Source: an uncultured Sulfurovum sp.
Lineage (GTDB): Bacteria; Campylobacterota; Campylobacteria; Campylobacterales; Sulfurovaceae
Length of the DNA stretch: 46,737 nt
NCBI GenBank assembly: GCA_964514765.1
Contig: CAZEUM010000001.1
Location: forward strand, 1 to 46,737
Direction: 5' to 3'
Part shown: piece by piece, positions 28,375-37,180 of the stretch
How positions within the stretch are numbered: position 1 is the stretch's first letter
Layout: the number at the start of each line of letters is the position of its first letter
Made by a program: the position numbers and the translations under genes
The notes under the pieces: generated by a model
What the model saw: only the letters and a program-made list of their open reading frames with translations
What the model was told of the DNA's origin: nothing
Databases searched by the model: none

Positions 28375-28400
28375 GATGTAAAGCTATAAAGCTTTACATC
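28375..28400. terminator. Bidirectional hairpin
   Basis: GATGTAAAGC-6-GCTTTACATC between convergent genes. Confidence 0.7.
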
Positions 28401-28418
28401 TAAACGTTAAAAAACGTA

Positions 28419-28715
28419 TTACTTCATTGCTGCAATATAGTCTGCAACAGCTTTAATTGTAGCATCATCCATAGAAACTACTTGACCTTTCATAAGACCA
28501 CCCATACCGTGTATATTAAGTGTGCCTTCTTTATAACCAGTAAGTTGCTTAACTGTCTTAGCTGCATCCTGCCCTTTAATAATTGCAGATTTACCCAAAG
28601 CAGCTTTTTCACCATTTACACCATGACAACCAACACATTTTGCATAAGCAGCTGCACCGTCAGCCATGAGCAGTGTACAGGCTCCAAATAACATTAAGAT
28701 AGCTAATTTTTTCAT
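28419..28715 (-). CDS. Monoheme cytochrome c553
   Basis: Signal peptide, CVGCHG..GEKAALGKS and distal Met GGLMKGQ. Confidence 0.92.
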   Translation of the reverse strand: MKKLAILMLFGACTLLMADGAAAYAKCVGCHGVNGEKAALGKSAIIKGQDAAKTVKQLTGYKEGTLNIHGMGGLMKGQVVSMDDATIKAVADYIAAMK

Positions 28716-28743
28716 TTTAATTCCTTTAGTTTTTATAAATTTT

Positions 28744-28772
28744 ATTGATACTTATTATTAATAAGTATCAAT
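28744..28772. other. Perfect 13-bp inverted repeat upstream of c553
   Basis: ATTGATACTTATT-ATT-AATAAGTATCAAT. Confidence 0.65.
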
Positions 28773-28833
28773 TCCTCTGATTAATTTCAGTAAAAAAATA
28801 ATATAGTGATTTGACTTAATCCTATATTAAAAT

Positions 28834-29148
28834 CTAACAACTTGGTACATTCCCTGAATCTTTTGCATATTCGTAAACAAAATCATAAACATCAGAAATA
28901 TATTTAGATTTTATCTTTGCTTTGGGGCATAGTTTTTTAACTTCATCAAAAAACTTCCCAGATTCCTTAATAGCTTCCCATTCATCTTTCGTATATTTAT
29001 GTGCAAATTTTGTAGCTGAAAAGCCACAAGGGACTTTTAATTTTTTAAGGTAAATTTTATGACCTTTTTTAACATCTGCAAAAGTTGCTGTTGTCATTAA
29101 CATCCATCCAAATAAAGCTACAAATATTAATTTAGAAATTTTTTTCAT
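28834..29148 (-). CDS. Secreted cytochrome-c-like protein lacking CxxCH
   Basis: Signal peptide, ADVKKG.KIY.KKLK..CG, CP and YAKDSGNVPSC C-terminus. Confidence 0.75.
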   Translation of the reverse strand: MKKISKLIFVALFGWMLMTTATFADVKKGHKIYLKKLKVPCGFSATKFAHKYTKDEWEAIKESGKFFDEVKKLCPKAKIKSKYISDVYDFVYEYAKDSGNVPSC

Positions 29149-29216
29149 TTCTTAATCACCCTTTCATTTTTTGATAAATTATCATAGCAGGTAATCGTGA
29201 AAGTATTGTGAAGTTT

Positions 29217-29519
29217 AGGAACCTCTATAAAATGGGTTAAACCAAATGTTCAATCTTAAATTTTATGAGGAGGAAAAATAGTTAGGTTTTACTGTTGGAT
29301 ATAACATTTAGCGTATGTCTCTTCTTGAACATCATTACTCTATCATAGGGTTTAGCTCCTGCGTTACTTTTAAGTTTTTTGTGAAGAGCCTTTTTTATAG
29401 GTTTATGGAATATTTCCCAGTTTATGATGGTTTTTAGTTTTTATAATATACGCAATACTTGACAGATTTAGGATTTCTAATGTGATTTGATTATTTGTTG
29501 GGTATTTTTAGACATCCCC
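29217..29519 (-). mobile_element. Internally deleted IS5-family element (MITE-like)
   Basis: Imperfect termini GGGGATGTCTAAAAA / AGGAACCTCTATAAA. Encodes KLKTIINWEIFHKPIKKALHKKLKSNAGAKPYDRVMMFK (IS5 N-terminus). Confidence 0.8.
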
Positions 29520-31141
29520 TTAAACTTTAATCTCTTGGGTGTCTCCCTAGAGCATACTTTATAAACAAACTCCTGTCGCAAGGTATGAAAGGGACTATTT
29601 ATATCCCAAAACTCTAGGTACATCACTTCTATCTCACGCTCTTTATGAGCTTCTATGTTGGCTTTGTTGGCTTCCAAAAAATCCTCTTTATCCCAAAGAT
29701 AACCCTCATAAAATTTGCTCTTGGAAAATGCATGTAGTTCTTCATAATAGTTCTCAGAAGCAAAGACAGCATCTATTATACCTAGCTCTTTTGCTTTGTG
29801 CACTGAAAGTGGCAAACATTCATCAAGTAGCTTCTTGGCCATATCTTCACCTACTCTCTTGGATAGCGTGTAGGTATGGTATTCGCTTCCACTAAGTCCT
29901 AGTGTCCTATAATGAGGGTTTAGTACTACCCCTTCCTTGCCTACCACATAGTCACAGGCTAGCCCTATAAAGACACCCCCTGCTCCTGCATTACTAGCAA
30001 AAGATGCTACAGTAGCTACCTCCTCTGCGTAGAGTATAGACTGCACAAGGTCATTCATAGCATTGATATTCGCCCATCCATCTTCACCTTGCTTAGCTGA
30101 GTCTTCGAGTATGTTTAGGTGTATGCCATTGGAAAAAAAGTCCATACCGCCCACAAGTACCAGCACCTCACACTGCATTTTTAGGTACTCTACTGCATAC
30201 TTCAGTCGCACACATTGCTTTGTATTCATCGCGCCATTATGGAAGTTAAAATAGAGATAGGCTACATTGTCTCGCATATCTACACTTGTTTCATAAAAGG
30301 TCTCATAACTTTTATCAAATAATAAAGGGAGTCTCTCTTCTTTGATACCTTTTAGCCTATCCTTTAGTGCATAAGTAGCAGGCAGTTTAAACTTTCCTAC
30401 TTCCTTTAGATGACTAATCCACACAGCACCATCTATAGCCCCTAAACAGATAGCCCCATCACGCTTGGCAAGTACTTCTTTGGGCAACCCTTTAAACTTC
30501 TCTTCTTTATGTACCCCATAAAGGTAACAAGGCAAGCCAAGTATCTCATCTAGCACACCTGGCAAAGAATCTGAAAGGTTTATCTTGTCTATGATAGTCT
30601 GTGTATCATCCTCATCCCAATCGATGCTTCTTTTAGCTTGTGTGAACTGCTCGTGAATGGGATTCATGTCTTGTGGTACTTTAGTATCATTGGCTATGTT
30701 CTCAAACAACACATCCAGCACATCCAGTGAAGCCTGCACTATTTCTTGTCTATAGAGTGATGCTTTGTATGTATCTCGTACTTTAAAATCTTGCTGGGCA
30801 TAAATGTCTCCACTATCATACTCAGAGTTGGCACGAAGCACAACAAGACCCCACTGTTTGGTATGACTTTGCAAAGCATACTCCAAAGCGTTAGGTCCTC
30901 TGTCTCCTCTTGGTCCAGGGTGAAAAATATAGGTTGGGTAGTTATCATAAATACTCGCAGGCAGATACGCTTTTAAAAATGGACAAAGTATAAGCTCTGG
31001 CTCAAAAGCTTCTATCTCTTCTAGCATCTGCTCTTCACTAATGGCAAAACTCACCACTACTTCATCGCCACGGTCTTGTAGCTTTGTGTAGATGGCTTGG
31101 GTTTGGCTGTTGAAGGCTGTTACTAAGAGGAGTATTTTCAT
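29477..31141 (-). CDS. hypX: Hydrogenase maturation factor HypX/HoxX
   Basis: Formyltransferase-like N-domain (FNSQTQ, CPFLK, HPGPRGDRGP) plus crotonase-like C-domain (FHNGAM, FSNGIHLN, AGAGG, NPHY, GSEYHTY). Confidence 0.9.
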   Translation of the reverse strand: MKILLLVTAFNSQTQAIYTKLQDRGDEVVVSFAISEEQMLEEIEAFEPELILCPFLKAYLPASIYDNYPTYIFHPGPRGDRGPNALEYALQSHTKQWGLVVLRANSEYDSGDIYAQQDFKVRDTYKASLYRQEIVQASLDVLDVLFENIANDTKVPQDMNPIHEQFTQAKRSIDWDEDDTQTIIDKINLSDSLPGVLDEILGLPCYLYGVHKEEKFKGLPKEVLAKRDGAICLGAIDGAVWISHLKEVGKFKLPATYALKDRLKGIKEERLPLLFDKSYETFYETSVDMRDNVAYLYFNFHNGAMNTKQCVRLKYAVEYLKMQCEVLVLVGGMDFFSNGIHLNILEDSAKQGEDGWANINAMNDLVQSILYAEEVATVASFASNAGAGGVFIGLACDYVVGKEGVVLNPHYRTLGLSGSEYHTYTLSKRVGEDMAKKLLDECLPLSVHKAKELGIIDAVFASENYYEELHAFSKSKFYEGYLWDKEDFLEANKANIEAHKEREIEVMYLEFWDINSPFHTLRQEFVYKVCSRETPKRLKFKGMSKNTQQIIKSH

Positions 31142-31164
31142 CTATTTAAAGTGTTTTGTCAAAT

Positions 31165-32157
31165 CTAGCAAATCCTTGGCAACAACTCACCTGTAGGTAA
31201 ATCCAAGAACCTCTTAGTTCCCCATGAAGAGTTAAGCAGTACACGCCCTACATATTGCATGGTTACAGTCGCTATTACTGCAGATGTAGCATGTGTCTTT
31301 TGTAACACTGCCAAAGCCTTATCCTGATCCTCCTTGGCGACACAAAGTACAAACGTACCCTCGTTTGCCAAGTCCACTGCTTCAAAGCCTAACATCTCAC
31401 AAATACCTCTTACTTCATTAACAACAGGTATAGTTTCTTCTTCTACTTCCACACAAACATCAGAAATTTTTGCCCACTCATTCAGTACAGCAGAGACTCC
31501 GCCTCGTGTAGCATCACGCAAGGCTACTATGGTTATGCCTGCATCTATAAGAGCTTTTACTTCTGAGTAGAGTGAAGCACAATCGGTTTGTAGCCCACTT
31601 TCAAGTTCTATGCCTTCACGTGCAGCAAAGATGGTAGCACCATGACAACCTACATCACGGCTTACCAATATACTCATACCTTCTTTTAGACCCGAAGCTG
31701 TGATACCTTTTTGCTCTATGGTACCTATGCCTGTTGTGTTAATGAAGAGTTTATCTATAGCACCTTTGGGTACAACTTTAGTGTCACCACTTACCACGAT
31801 GGCACCATTTATCTCTAGTTCTATTTTCATGGATTTGACTATCTTCTCTAGTTCACGCGTAGAAAAACCCTCTTCTATTATGACAGAACAAGTCATATAC
31901 TTAGGCTTTGCTCCCATCATGGCTAGATCATTACAAGTACCACAAACTGCAAGTTTTCCTATGTCTCCACCAGGAAAAAAGAGAGGACTGACCGTAAAAG
32001 AGTCTGTAGTAAAAGCTAGTTTTCCATCCTCTATGACAGCCGCATCTTCGCTTTTTTCTAAGATGTCATTTTTAAAATTTTTATAAAATATCTTTTTGAT
32101 AAGTTCGTTGTTTTCTTCGCCACCGTTACCGTGGGCTATGGTTATGGTTTTTGTCAT
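31165..32157 (-). CDS. hypE: Hydrogenase maturation protein HypE
   Basis: AHGNGG, TTDSFTVSPLFFPGGDIG, RDATRGG and C-terminal LPRIC. Confidence 0.97.
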   Translation of the reverse strand: MTKTITIAHGNGGEENNELIKKIFYKNFKNDILEKSEDAAVIEDGKLAFTTDSFTVSPLFFPGGDIGKLAVCGTCNDLAMMGAKPKYMTCSVIIEEGFSTRELEKIVKSMKIELEINGAIVVSGDTKVVPKGAIDKLFINTTGIGTIEQKGITASGLKEGMSILVSRDVGCHGATIFAAREGIELESGLQTDCASLYSEVKALIDAGITIVALRDATRGGVSAVLNEWAKISDVCVEVEEETIPVVNEVRGICEMLGFEAVDLANEGTFVLCVAKEDQDKALAVLQKTHATSAVIATVTMQYVGRVLLNSSWGTKRFLDLPTGELLPRIC

Positions 32158-33299
32158 ATAAGGTTGCCATACTTATAATACGCCGCACAAGCCCCCTCAG
32201 AACTCACCATACAAGACCCAATAGGTGTCATAGGCTTACAGGCCGTCCCAAAGATGGTACACTCTTGAGGTTTCGCCATACCACGCAAAATGTCACCACA
32301 AATACAAAGACTATGGTCTTCTACCTCTGTTATAGGCAATATATTTTTGTATTTTACTTCAGCATCATAAATTGCATACTCAGCACGTAACTTCAATCCA
32401 GAATCAGGCACATTTCCAAGTCCACGCCACTTAAAGAGACTCATCTTCTCAAAATACTTCTCTATGAGTGCTTGGGCTTTGAGGTTTCCTTCATAGTTTA
32501 CCATACGCTTGTACTGAACTTCAAGTTCACAGCGTTCTTCTAAAAATTGCTTGACTATCATGCTAATGCCTTGCATAGCGTCCACTGGTTCAAACCCAGT
32601 AACAACCACAGGACGAGCATAGTCTTTTGGAAATTTATCGTAAATCTTAGAACCCGATATCACCGACACATGGCTTGGTCCTAAAAATGCATCTATTTGG
32701 TTATTGTAAGAGTCAACATGCACATCACGGCTGTCTATAAGTTCTACCATCACTTCTGGCACGGTTACATGGTTAATATGAAAAAGGGCATTAGGTATTT
32801 TGAGCTTAATGACTTGTTCTACTAAAACAGCTGTCATGGGCGTAGTTGTCTCAAAACCTATGGCAAAGAAAATAACGGTTTTATTTGCATTTTCTTCTGC
32901 TATCTTGATACACTCCATCGGAGAGTAGACAAAACGTACATCTGCCCCTTTGGCTCTGGCATCTTGTAAAGATCCATTAGATCCTGGTACTTTTATCATG
33001 TCACCAAGTGTGACGAGGATAACATCAGGTTGCATAGACAACACATAGGCATGGTCTATACGTTCTTTAGGCATGATACACACAGGACAACCAGGACCAT
33101 GTATAAAGTTTACATTTTTAGGTAAAAGCTGTAGTAGTCCAAACTTCATAATGGTATGCGTGTGTCCGCCACATACTTCCATGATATTAATAGGTTTTTC
33201 TAATTTTTTTGCATCTTCAGAGATGATTTTGGCATAAGCTTTGATGGTATCGCCATCTCTAAAATTATCATAAAGATCTTTTAGTTCAAGCGTTGCCAT
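32154..33299 (-). CDS. hypD: Hydrogenase maturation protein HypD
   Basis: MEVCGGHTH, GPGCPVC, GFETT, PSHVS and GSCMVSSEGAC. Confidence 0.97.
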   Translation of the reverse strand: MATLELKDLYDNFRDGDTIKAYAKIISEDAKKLEKPINIMEVCGGHTHTIMKFGLLQLLPKNVNFIHGPGCPVCIMPKERIDHAYVLSMQPDVILVTLGDMIKVPGSNGSLQDARAKGADVRFVYSPMECIKIAEENANKTVIFFAIGFETTTPMTAVLVEQVIKLKIPNALFHINHVTVPEVMVELIDSRDVHVDSYNNQIDAFLGPSHVSVISGSKIYDKFPKDYARPVVVTGFEPVDAMQGISMIVKQFLEERCELEVQYKRMVNYEGNLKAQALIEKYFEKMSLFKWRGLGNVPDSGLKLRAEYAIYDAEVKYKNILPITEVEDHSLCICGDILRGMAKPQECTIFGTACKPMTPIGSCMVSSEGACAAYYKYGNLI

Positions 33300-33613
33300 T
33301 ACTTTTTAATCTCCTGAGTATACTGCTCACCTCGTGCCTCACATTCGTCATCTTCAAGTATGGCTTTTTTTCGATCTTCTTCATCCATCACTTTCAATAT
33401 CATTTTATAGGTATCTATGGAGGCTAACGCTTCATCATTATCTATCTTGTTCATTACAAAACCGATGTGAAGAAGTACATAGTCACCTATTTTAATGTCT
33501 TCATCCCCCATCATCATGAGGTTTGCATCACGTTGTACTCCCATAGTATCTACTGTACACATGGTCTTATCATCTGAAATCTTGACTACTTTACTTGGGA
33601 TTGATAAACACAT
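33299..33613 (-). CDS. hypC: Hydrogenase chaperone HypC
   Basis: MCLSIP start at 33613 and GDYVLLHIGF. Confidence 0.95.
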   Translation of the reverse strand: MCLSIPSKVVKISDDKTMCTVDTMGVQRDANLMMMGDEDIKIGDYVLLHIGFVMNKIDNDEALASIDTYKMILKVMDEEDRKKAILEDDECEARGEQYTQEIKK

Positions 33614-33639
33614 ACTATTCCTTCTTCTTATTTCTTTAA

Positions 33640-34485
33640 CTATGCTCTCATCTTTCTTTTGAATTCTATCCACTCAGCCACTGCTTCGACACTATCAATA
33701 TCATTGACATTGACTTCTAATATGTCTACATTTGGTTTGATGCGTCTAGCCTCGGCTTTTTCTCTCTCTATATCATATTTAAAGTGAGGAAGTAGGTCTG
33801 TTTTAGTAATGAGTACCAAGTCTGCTTTACGGAACATCACGGGGTACTTGGCTATCTTGTCTTCTCCCTCTGGTACAGAGACCAATACAATGTTTAAGTG
33901 TGTCCCTACATCATAGCTTGCTGGACATACAAGGTTTCCTACATTTTCCACAAAACAGACATCCATACTTTCTAGTGGCATATCATGTAGACCTTTATGC
34001 ACCATAAATGCATCCAAGTGACAGGCTGTACCTGTTTGTATCTGTACAGCTGGGATACCTTTGTCTCTAAGACGTTGTGCATCACGTTCTGTCTCTAAGT
34101 CACCTTCTACCACACCAAACTTAAAATTTGCTACATCTACAAGGTATTCTAATAATGTTGTCTTTCCTGAACCTGGGCTAGACATTAGGTTGATACCTAG
34201 TATGCCATACTCTTCAAGGTGCGTTCTGTTATGGTTTGCCTCTTGGTCATTTTTGTCTAGTATTTTTTGTATGACAGAAATCGTTTTGGCATCATTGAGC
34301 TGTGGGTTATGATGCAAATGCTCATGGGCTTTTTGATGCTCGCCTGAACCATCTTGTTCATGAGAATGGTTATGCCCTTCCTCAGCATGTGTGTGAAATG
34401 TTTTTCCTTTATGATGACTATGTTCACCTACTTCTTCCGTAACACCTTCCATCCCTCTTATACTACAACCACAATCTGTACACAT
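33640..34485 (-). CDS. hypB: Nickel-insertion GTPase HypB
   Basis: MCTDCGC, His-rich linker, SSPGSGKT, CHLDA and ENVGNLVCPA. Confidence 0.97.
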   Translation of the reverse strand: MCTDCGCSIRGMEGVTEEVGEHSHHKGKTFHTHAEEGHNHSHEQDGSGEHQKAHEHLHHNPQLNDAKTISVIQKILDKNDQEANHNRTHLEEYGILGINLMSSPGSGKTTLLEYLVDVANFKFGVVEGDLETERDAQRLRDKGIPAVQIQTGTACHLDAFMVHKGLHDMPLESMDVCFVENVGNLVCPASYDVGTHLNIVLVSVPEGEDKIAKYPVMFRKADLVLITKTDLLPHFKYDIEREKAEARRIKPNVDILEVNVNDIDSVEAVAEWIEFKRKMRA

Positions 34486-34495
34486 CTATCTTCTC

Positions 34496-35140
34496 CTATC
34501 CTATTAATATATTTGCTCCAACAACAAGTGAAATCACACCTGCAGCTGTAAATGCTCTTCTTACATTCGTAAGATTTCCTAAAAAATTTTGGTTAATGTA
34601 AAGCATAAGAAACCCAAACCCTCCAAACACCAACATCACGCCTAGTGTAAATGCAGCCACCAAAGAAAAGTCTACTTCTCCACCTTGTACTGCACCTAAT
34701 GTTATAAGCATACCTCGTATACCCCCTGCACCCATAAGAAGTCCGAGAGTGAGTGAAGAAGTTTTTGCTACTATATCATCATGGTGTTCATGTGACTTTC
34801 CAAACCATATATATATATGCTCTTTGCCCTCATGGATATGCTTACGTAATTGAATACGGTTTAAAGCCACCATGACAAGTAAATATACACCCATGATGAT
34901 AATCACAGTCGCAGAGATGATATCTCCATACGCCAATATATCTTCAGGCAGGGCAACCGTTTCTAACACTTTCGCAAAAAGAAAAAGGCTCAGCCCATGT
35001 CCAATGGCAAAGAGTAAAGTAATCAGTAACGTCTTGCGTTTATTCTTACCTATAGAAAAGTTCGCAATAACTGTAAGATGGTCAGGTCCAAAAGCATGTA
35101 ATATACCGTACAAAAAAATAACAAGTAACGACAGCTCCAT
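34496..35140 (-). CDS. Nickel permease (UreH/NiCoT-related)
   Basis: GILHAFGPDHL and FAIGHG motifs, His-rich loop, about 6 TM segments. First gene of the hyp operon. Confidence 0.85.
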   Translation of the reverse strand: MELSLLVIFLYGILHAFGPDHLTVIANFSIGKNKRKTLLITLLFAIGHGLSLFLFAKVLETVALPEDILAYGDIISATVIIIMGVYLLVMVALNRIQLRKHIHEGKEHIYIWFGKSHEHHDDIVAKTSSLTLGLLMGAGGIRGMLITLGAVQGGEVDFSLVAAFTLGVMLVFGGFGFLMLYINQNFLGNLTNVRRAFTAAGVISLVVGANILIG

Positions 35141-35256
35141 GACTTTTCTCCTTAATATGTTATATCTCTATTCACTAATAGTAGTCCCTTATTATTAAGT
35201 ATGCATTAAAAAAATACTTTCTACTCTATTTTAAGGACTAAAGTTTATAATAGCGT

Positions 35257-35874
35257 ATGAATTGTATCTATTGTGAACACCCATATACCTATGCACTTGC
35301 AGACAAACAACAAAAATGTGGAAAATGTAAACGGAAATTTAGTCTACGTAAGCTAGAAAGAGAAGAAATACTAAAAAAACTCTTCATATCTGGATGTAAC
35401 ACAAGAGAAACATCTAGTGAGACAAAGATGCATTTTTCAACCGTGCAAAAGCACTACGAAAAGTTTCGACGAGATATTGTACTTTATGCGGATAAAATGT
35501 ATCGACTCAATAGCCATAGAGTTACAGGCTACAATGAGTATCTTTACTTGCCAAAAAGTCTCAAAATAGAAGAAAATATCCATAAACTTCAACATTTTTT
35601 TACTATGAGTTATGATGACAAAGTCTACAACATCATGATGCCACATACAAGAAATATACACTATGATAGCAAAGATGAACAATCAAAGAAACTCCTACTT
35701 AAATACCTTAAGTTCGACAAGGTGGCAAAACTCTCAAAGGCACAAAATACAATCACACGATTTTGGGAATATTTTGAAAAGTTTATTTGTAAGTTTAAAG
35801 GTGTTAGTGATGAACAGTTTATATATTATTTAAAAGAGTCAGAGTGGCGGTTTAATACTAAAGGGGACGTCTAA
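35257..35874 (+). CDS. IS1595-transposase-derived protein with degenerate catalytic residues
   Basis: CxxC..CxxC zinc ribbon, HTH, and C-terminal N.I..FW..F...KFKGV...F..YLKE.EWRFN. Intact 205-aa ORF. Confidence 0.75.
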   Translation: MNCIYCEHPYTYALADKQQKCGKCKRKFSLRKLEREEILKKLFISGCNTRETSSETKMHFSTVQKHYEKFRRDIVLYADKMYRLNSHRVTGYNEYLYLPKSLKIEENIHKLQHFFTMSYDDKVYNIMMPHTRNIHYDSKDEQSKKLLLKYLKFDKVAKLSKAQNTITRFWEYFEKFICKFKGVSDEQFIYYLKESEWRFNTKGDV

Positions 35875-35882
35875 ATATCCCC
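35863..35882. terminator. Hairpin between convergent genes
   Basis: GGGGA-10-TCCCC flanked by A-rich tracts. Confidence 0.5.
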
Positions 35883-35890
35883 AAAATAAA

Positions 35891-37180
35891 TTATTTCCCT
35901 ATGGCATTATCGAGTTGTGCCATTGCTATAAAATAGTCATAATAAGTATTAACCAAATCCGATAAAGATTTTATATATCCCTGTTGAGCATCTTGAAGTT
36001 CTATATAATCAGAAATCCCATTCTCATAACGTTTTTTCGCCTGTAGAAACTTTTGGGAGCTAGACTTACTAATACTTTCCGATAGCTTTACATTGTTTTT
36101 ATTTCTACGTAAGGAGATATGTGCTTCTACAACCTCTAGTTTAACAGCCAAACGTACACTTTGTACCCGTGATGAGGCTTGAAGTACAGCCACTTTGGAT
36201 TCTTGTACATTTGCATTTGTTTGAAAGCCTCTGTATAGGTTCCAGTTCATATTGACTGTAACTTTTGCTTGGTTTTCAGGGGTAAAAAGACGTATGCTGT
36301 GATCTACATATTGTGTTGTATACTCCCCATTTAAGGTAATAGTAGGGGCATAATCTCCTCTTTTTGTTTTTACATGAGACCTTGCACTAGAAACACTATA
36401 TTGAGAGCTTTGCAAAACATAACGATGCCTATAAGCAAATTCTTCTAGTTGATGCAAGGATGTTTTCATTAAAGGTAAGGTATTGCTTATCTTTGGCAGT
36501 GAGAGTTTTTTAGAAAAAAGTTTGTACTTGCCATCATAAGGCATCATACCTAAGGTCTCTTCTAATTTAGCACGCTGTAATTCAAGTTTAAACTTAGCAT
36601 TTAAGAGGTCTAGTTGTGCTTGTTCTAGTTGTACTTTTGCATTAGTGACATCTATAATGGTTCTTATACCTGCGAGCAAGTATTTTTTAGCACGCCAAAG
36701 TTGTTGTTTTTGTAATTTTACATTTTTATATTGTACATCTATAATACTTTTTGTTTTTAAAATATCATAATAATTTTGTTTTATATTTAAAATTTTGTCT
36801 GAAATGACTTGCTGCATTTGTGCTTGAAGTGCCAATGTTTCATTAATGGAACTGTCTACTTTACCTGATGTTTTCCCAAAATCATACAAGAGTTGGGAAG
36901 CACCAATACTTCCTAGTAAAATATGTGCATATTGATTGTTGTAATCTTTAAATTCATTTTTTTGTCTACCCCCACTTAAGTGTAAGTCTAAACTAGGCAG
37001 ATAATAGCCCTGAGAAAATGCTGCACGTTCTTGTGCCTTTTGAAAATTAAAACGGCTTATATCTATATCTGGACTGTGTTGCAAGGCAATTTTAACAAGA
37101 TTATCAAGCGTTAAAACTTTTGGCTTTGCTTCTAGTGATGTGAGTAAAAGCAGGATAGTAAGCAAGTATTTAATATGCAT
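35891..37180 (-). CDS. TolC-family outer-membrane efflux protein
   Basis: Signal peptide, QLLYDFGK, WNLYRGF and RYENG.SDYIEL OEP repeats. Confidence 0.9.
   Translation of the reverse strand: MHIKYLLTILLLLTSLEAKPKVLTLDNLVKIALQHSPDIDISRFNFQKAQERAAFSQGYYLPSLDLHLSGGRQKNEFKDYNNQYAHILLGSIGASQLLYDFGKTSGKVDSSINETLALQAQMQQVISDKILNIKQNYYDILKTKSIIDVQYKNVKLQKQQLWRAKKYLLAGIRTIIDVTNAKVQLEQAQLDLLNAKFKLELQRAKLEETLGMMPYDGKYKLFSKKLSLPKISNTLPLMKTSLHQLEEFAYRHRYVLQSSQYSVSSARSHVKTKRGDYAPTITLNGEYTTQYVDHSIRLFTPENQAKVTVNMNWNLYRGFQTNANVQESKVAVLQASSRVQSVRLAVKLEVVEAHISLRRNKNNVKLSESISKSSSQKFLQAKKRYENGISDYIELQDAQQGYIKSLSDLVNTYYDYFIAMAQLDNAIGK

Noticed and set aside
35863-35890. Resemblance to the IS5 left end (GGGGAYGTCTAAA)
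   Set aside because: Equally explained as a terminator hairpin; no further IS5 sequence follows.
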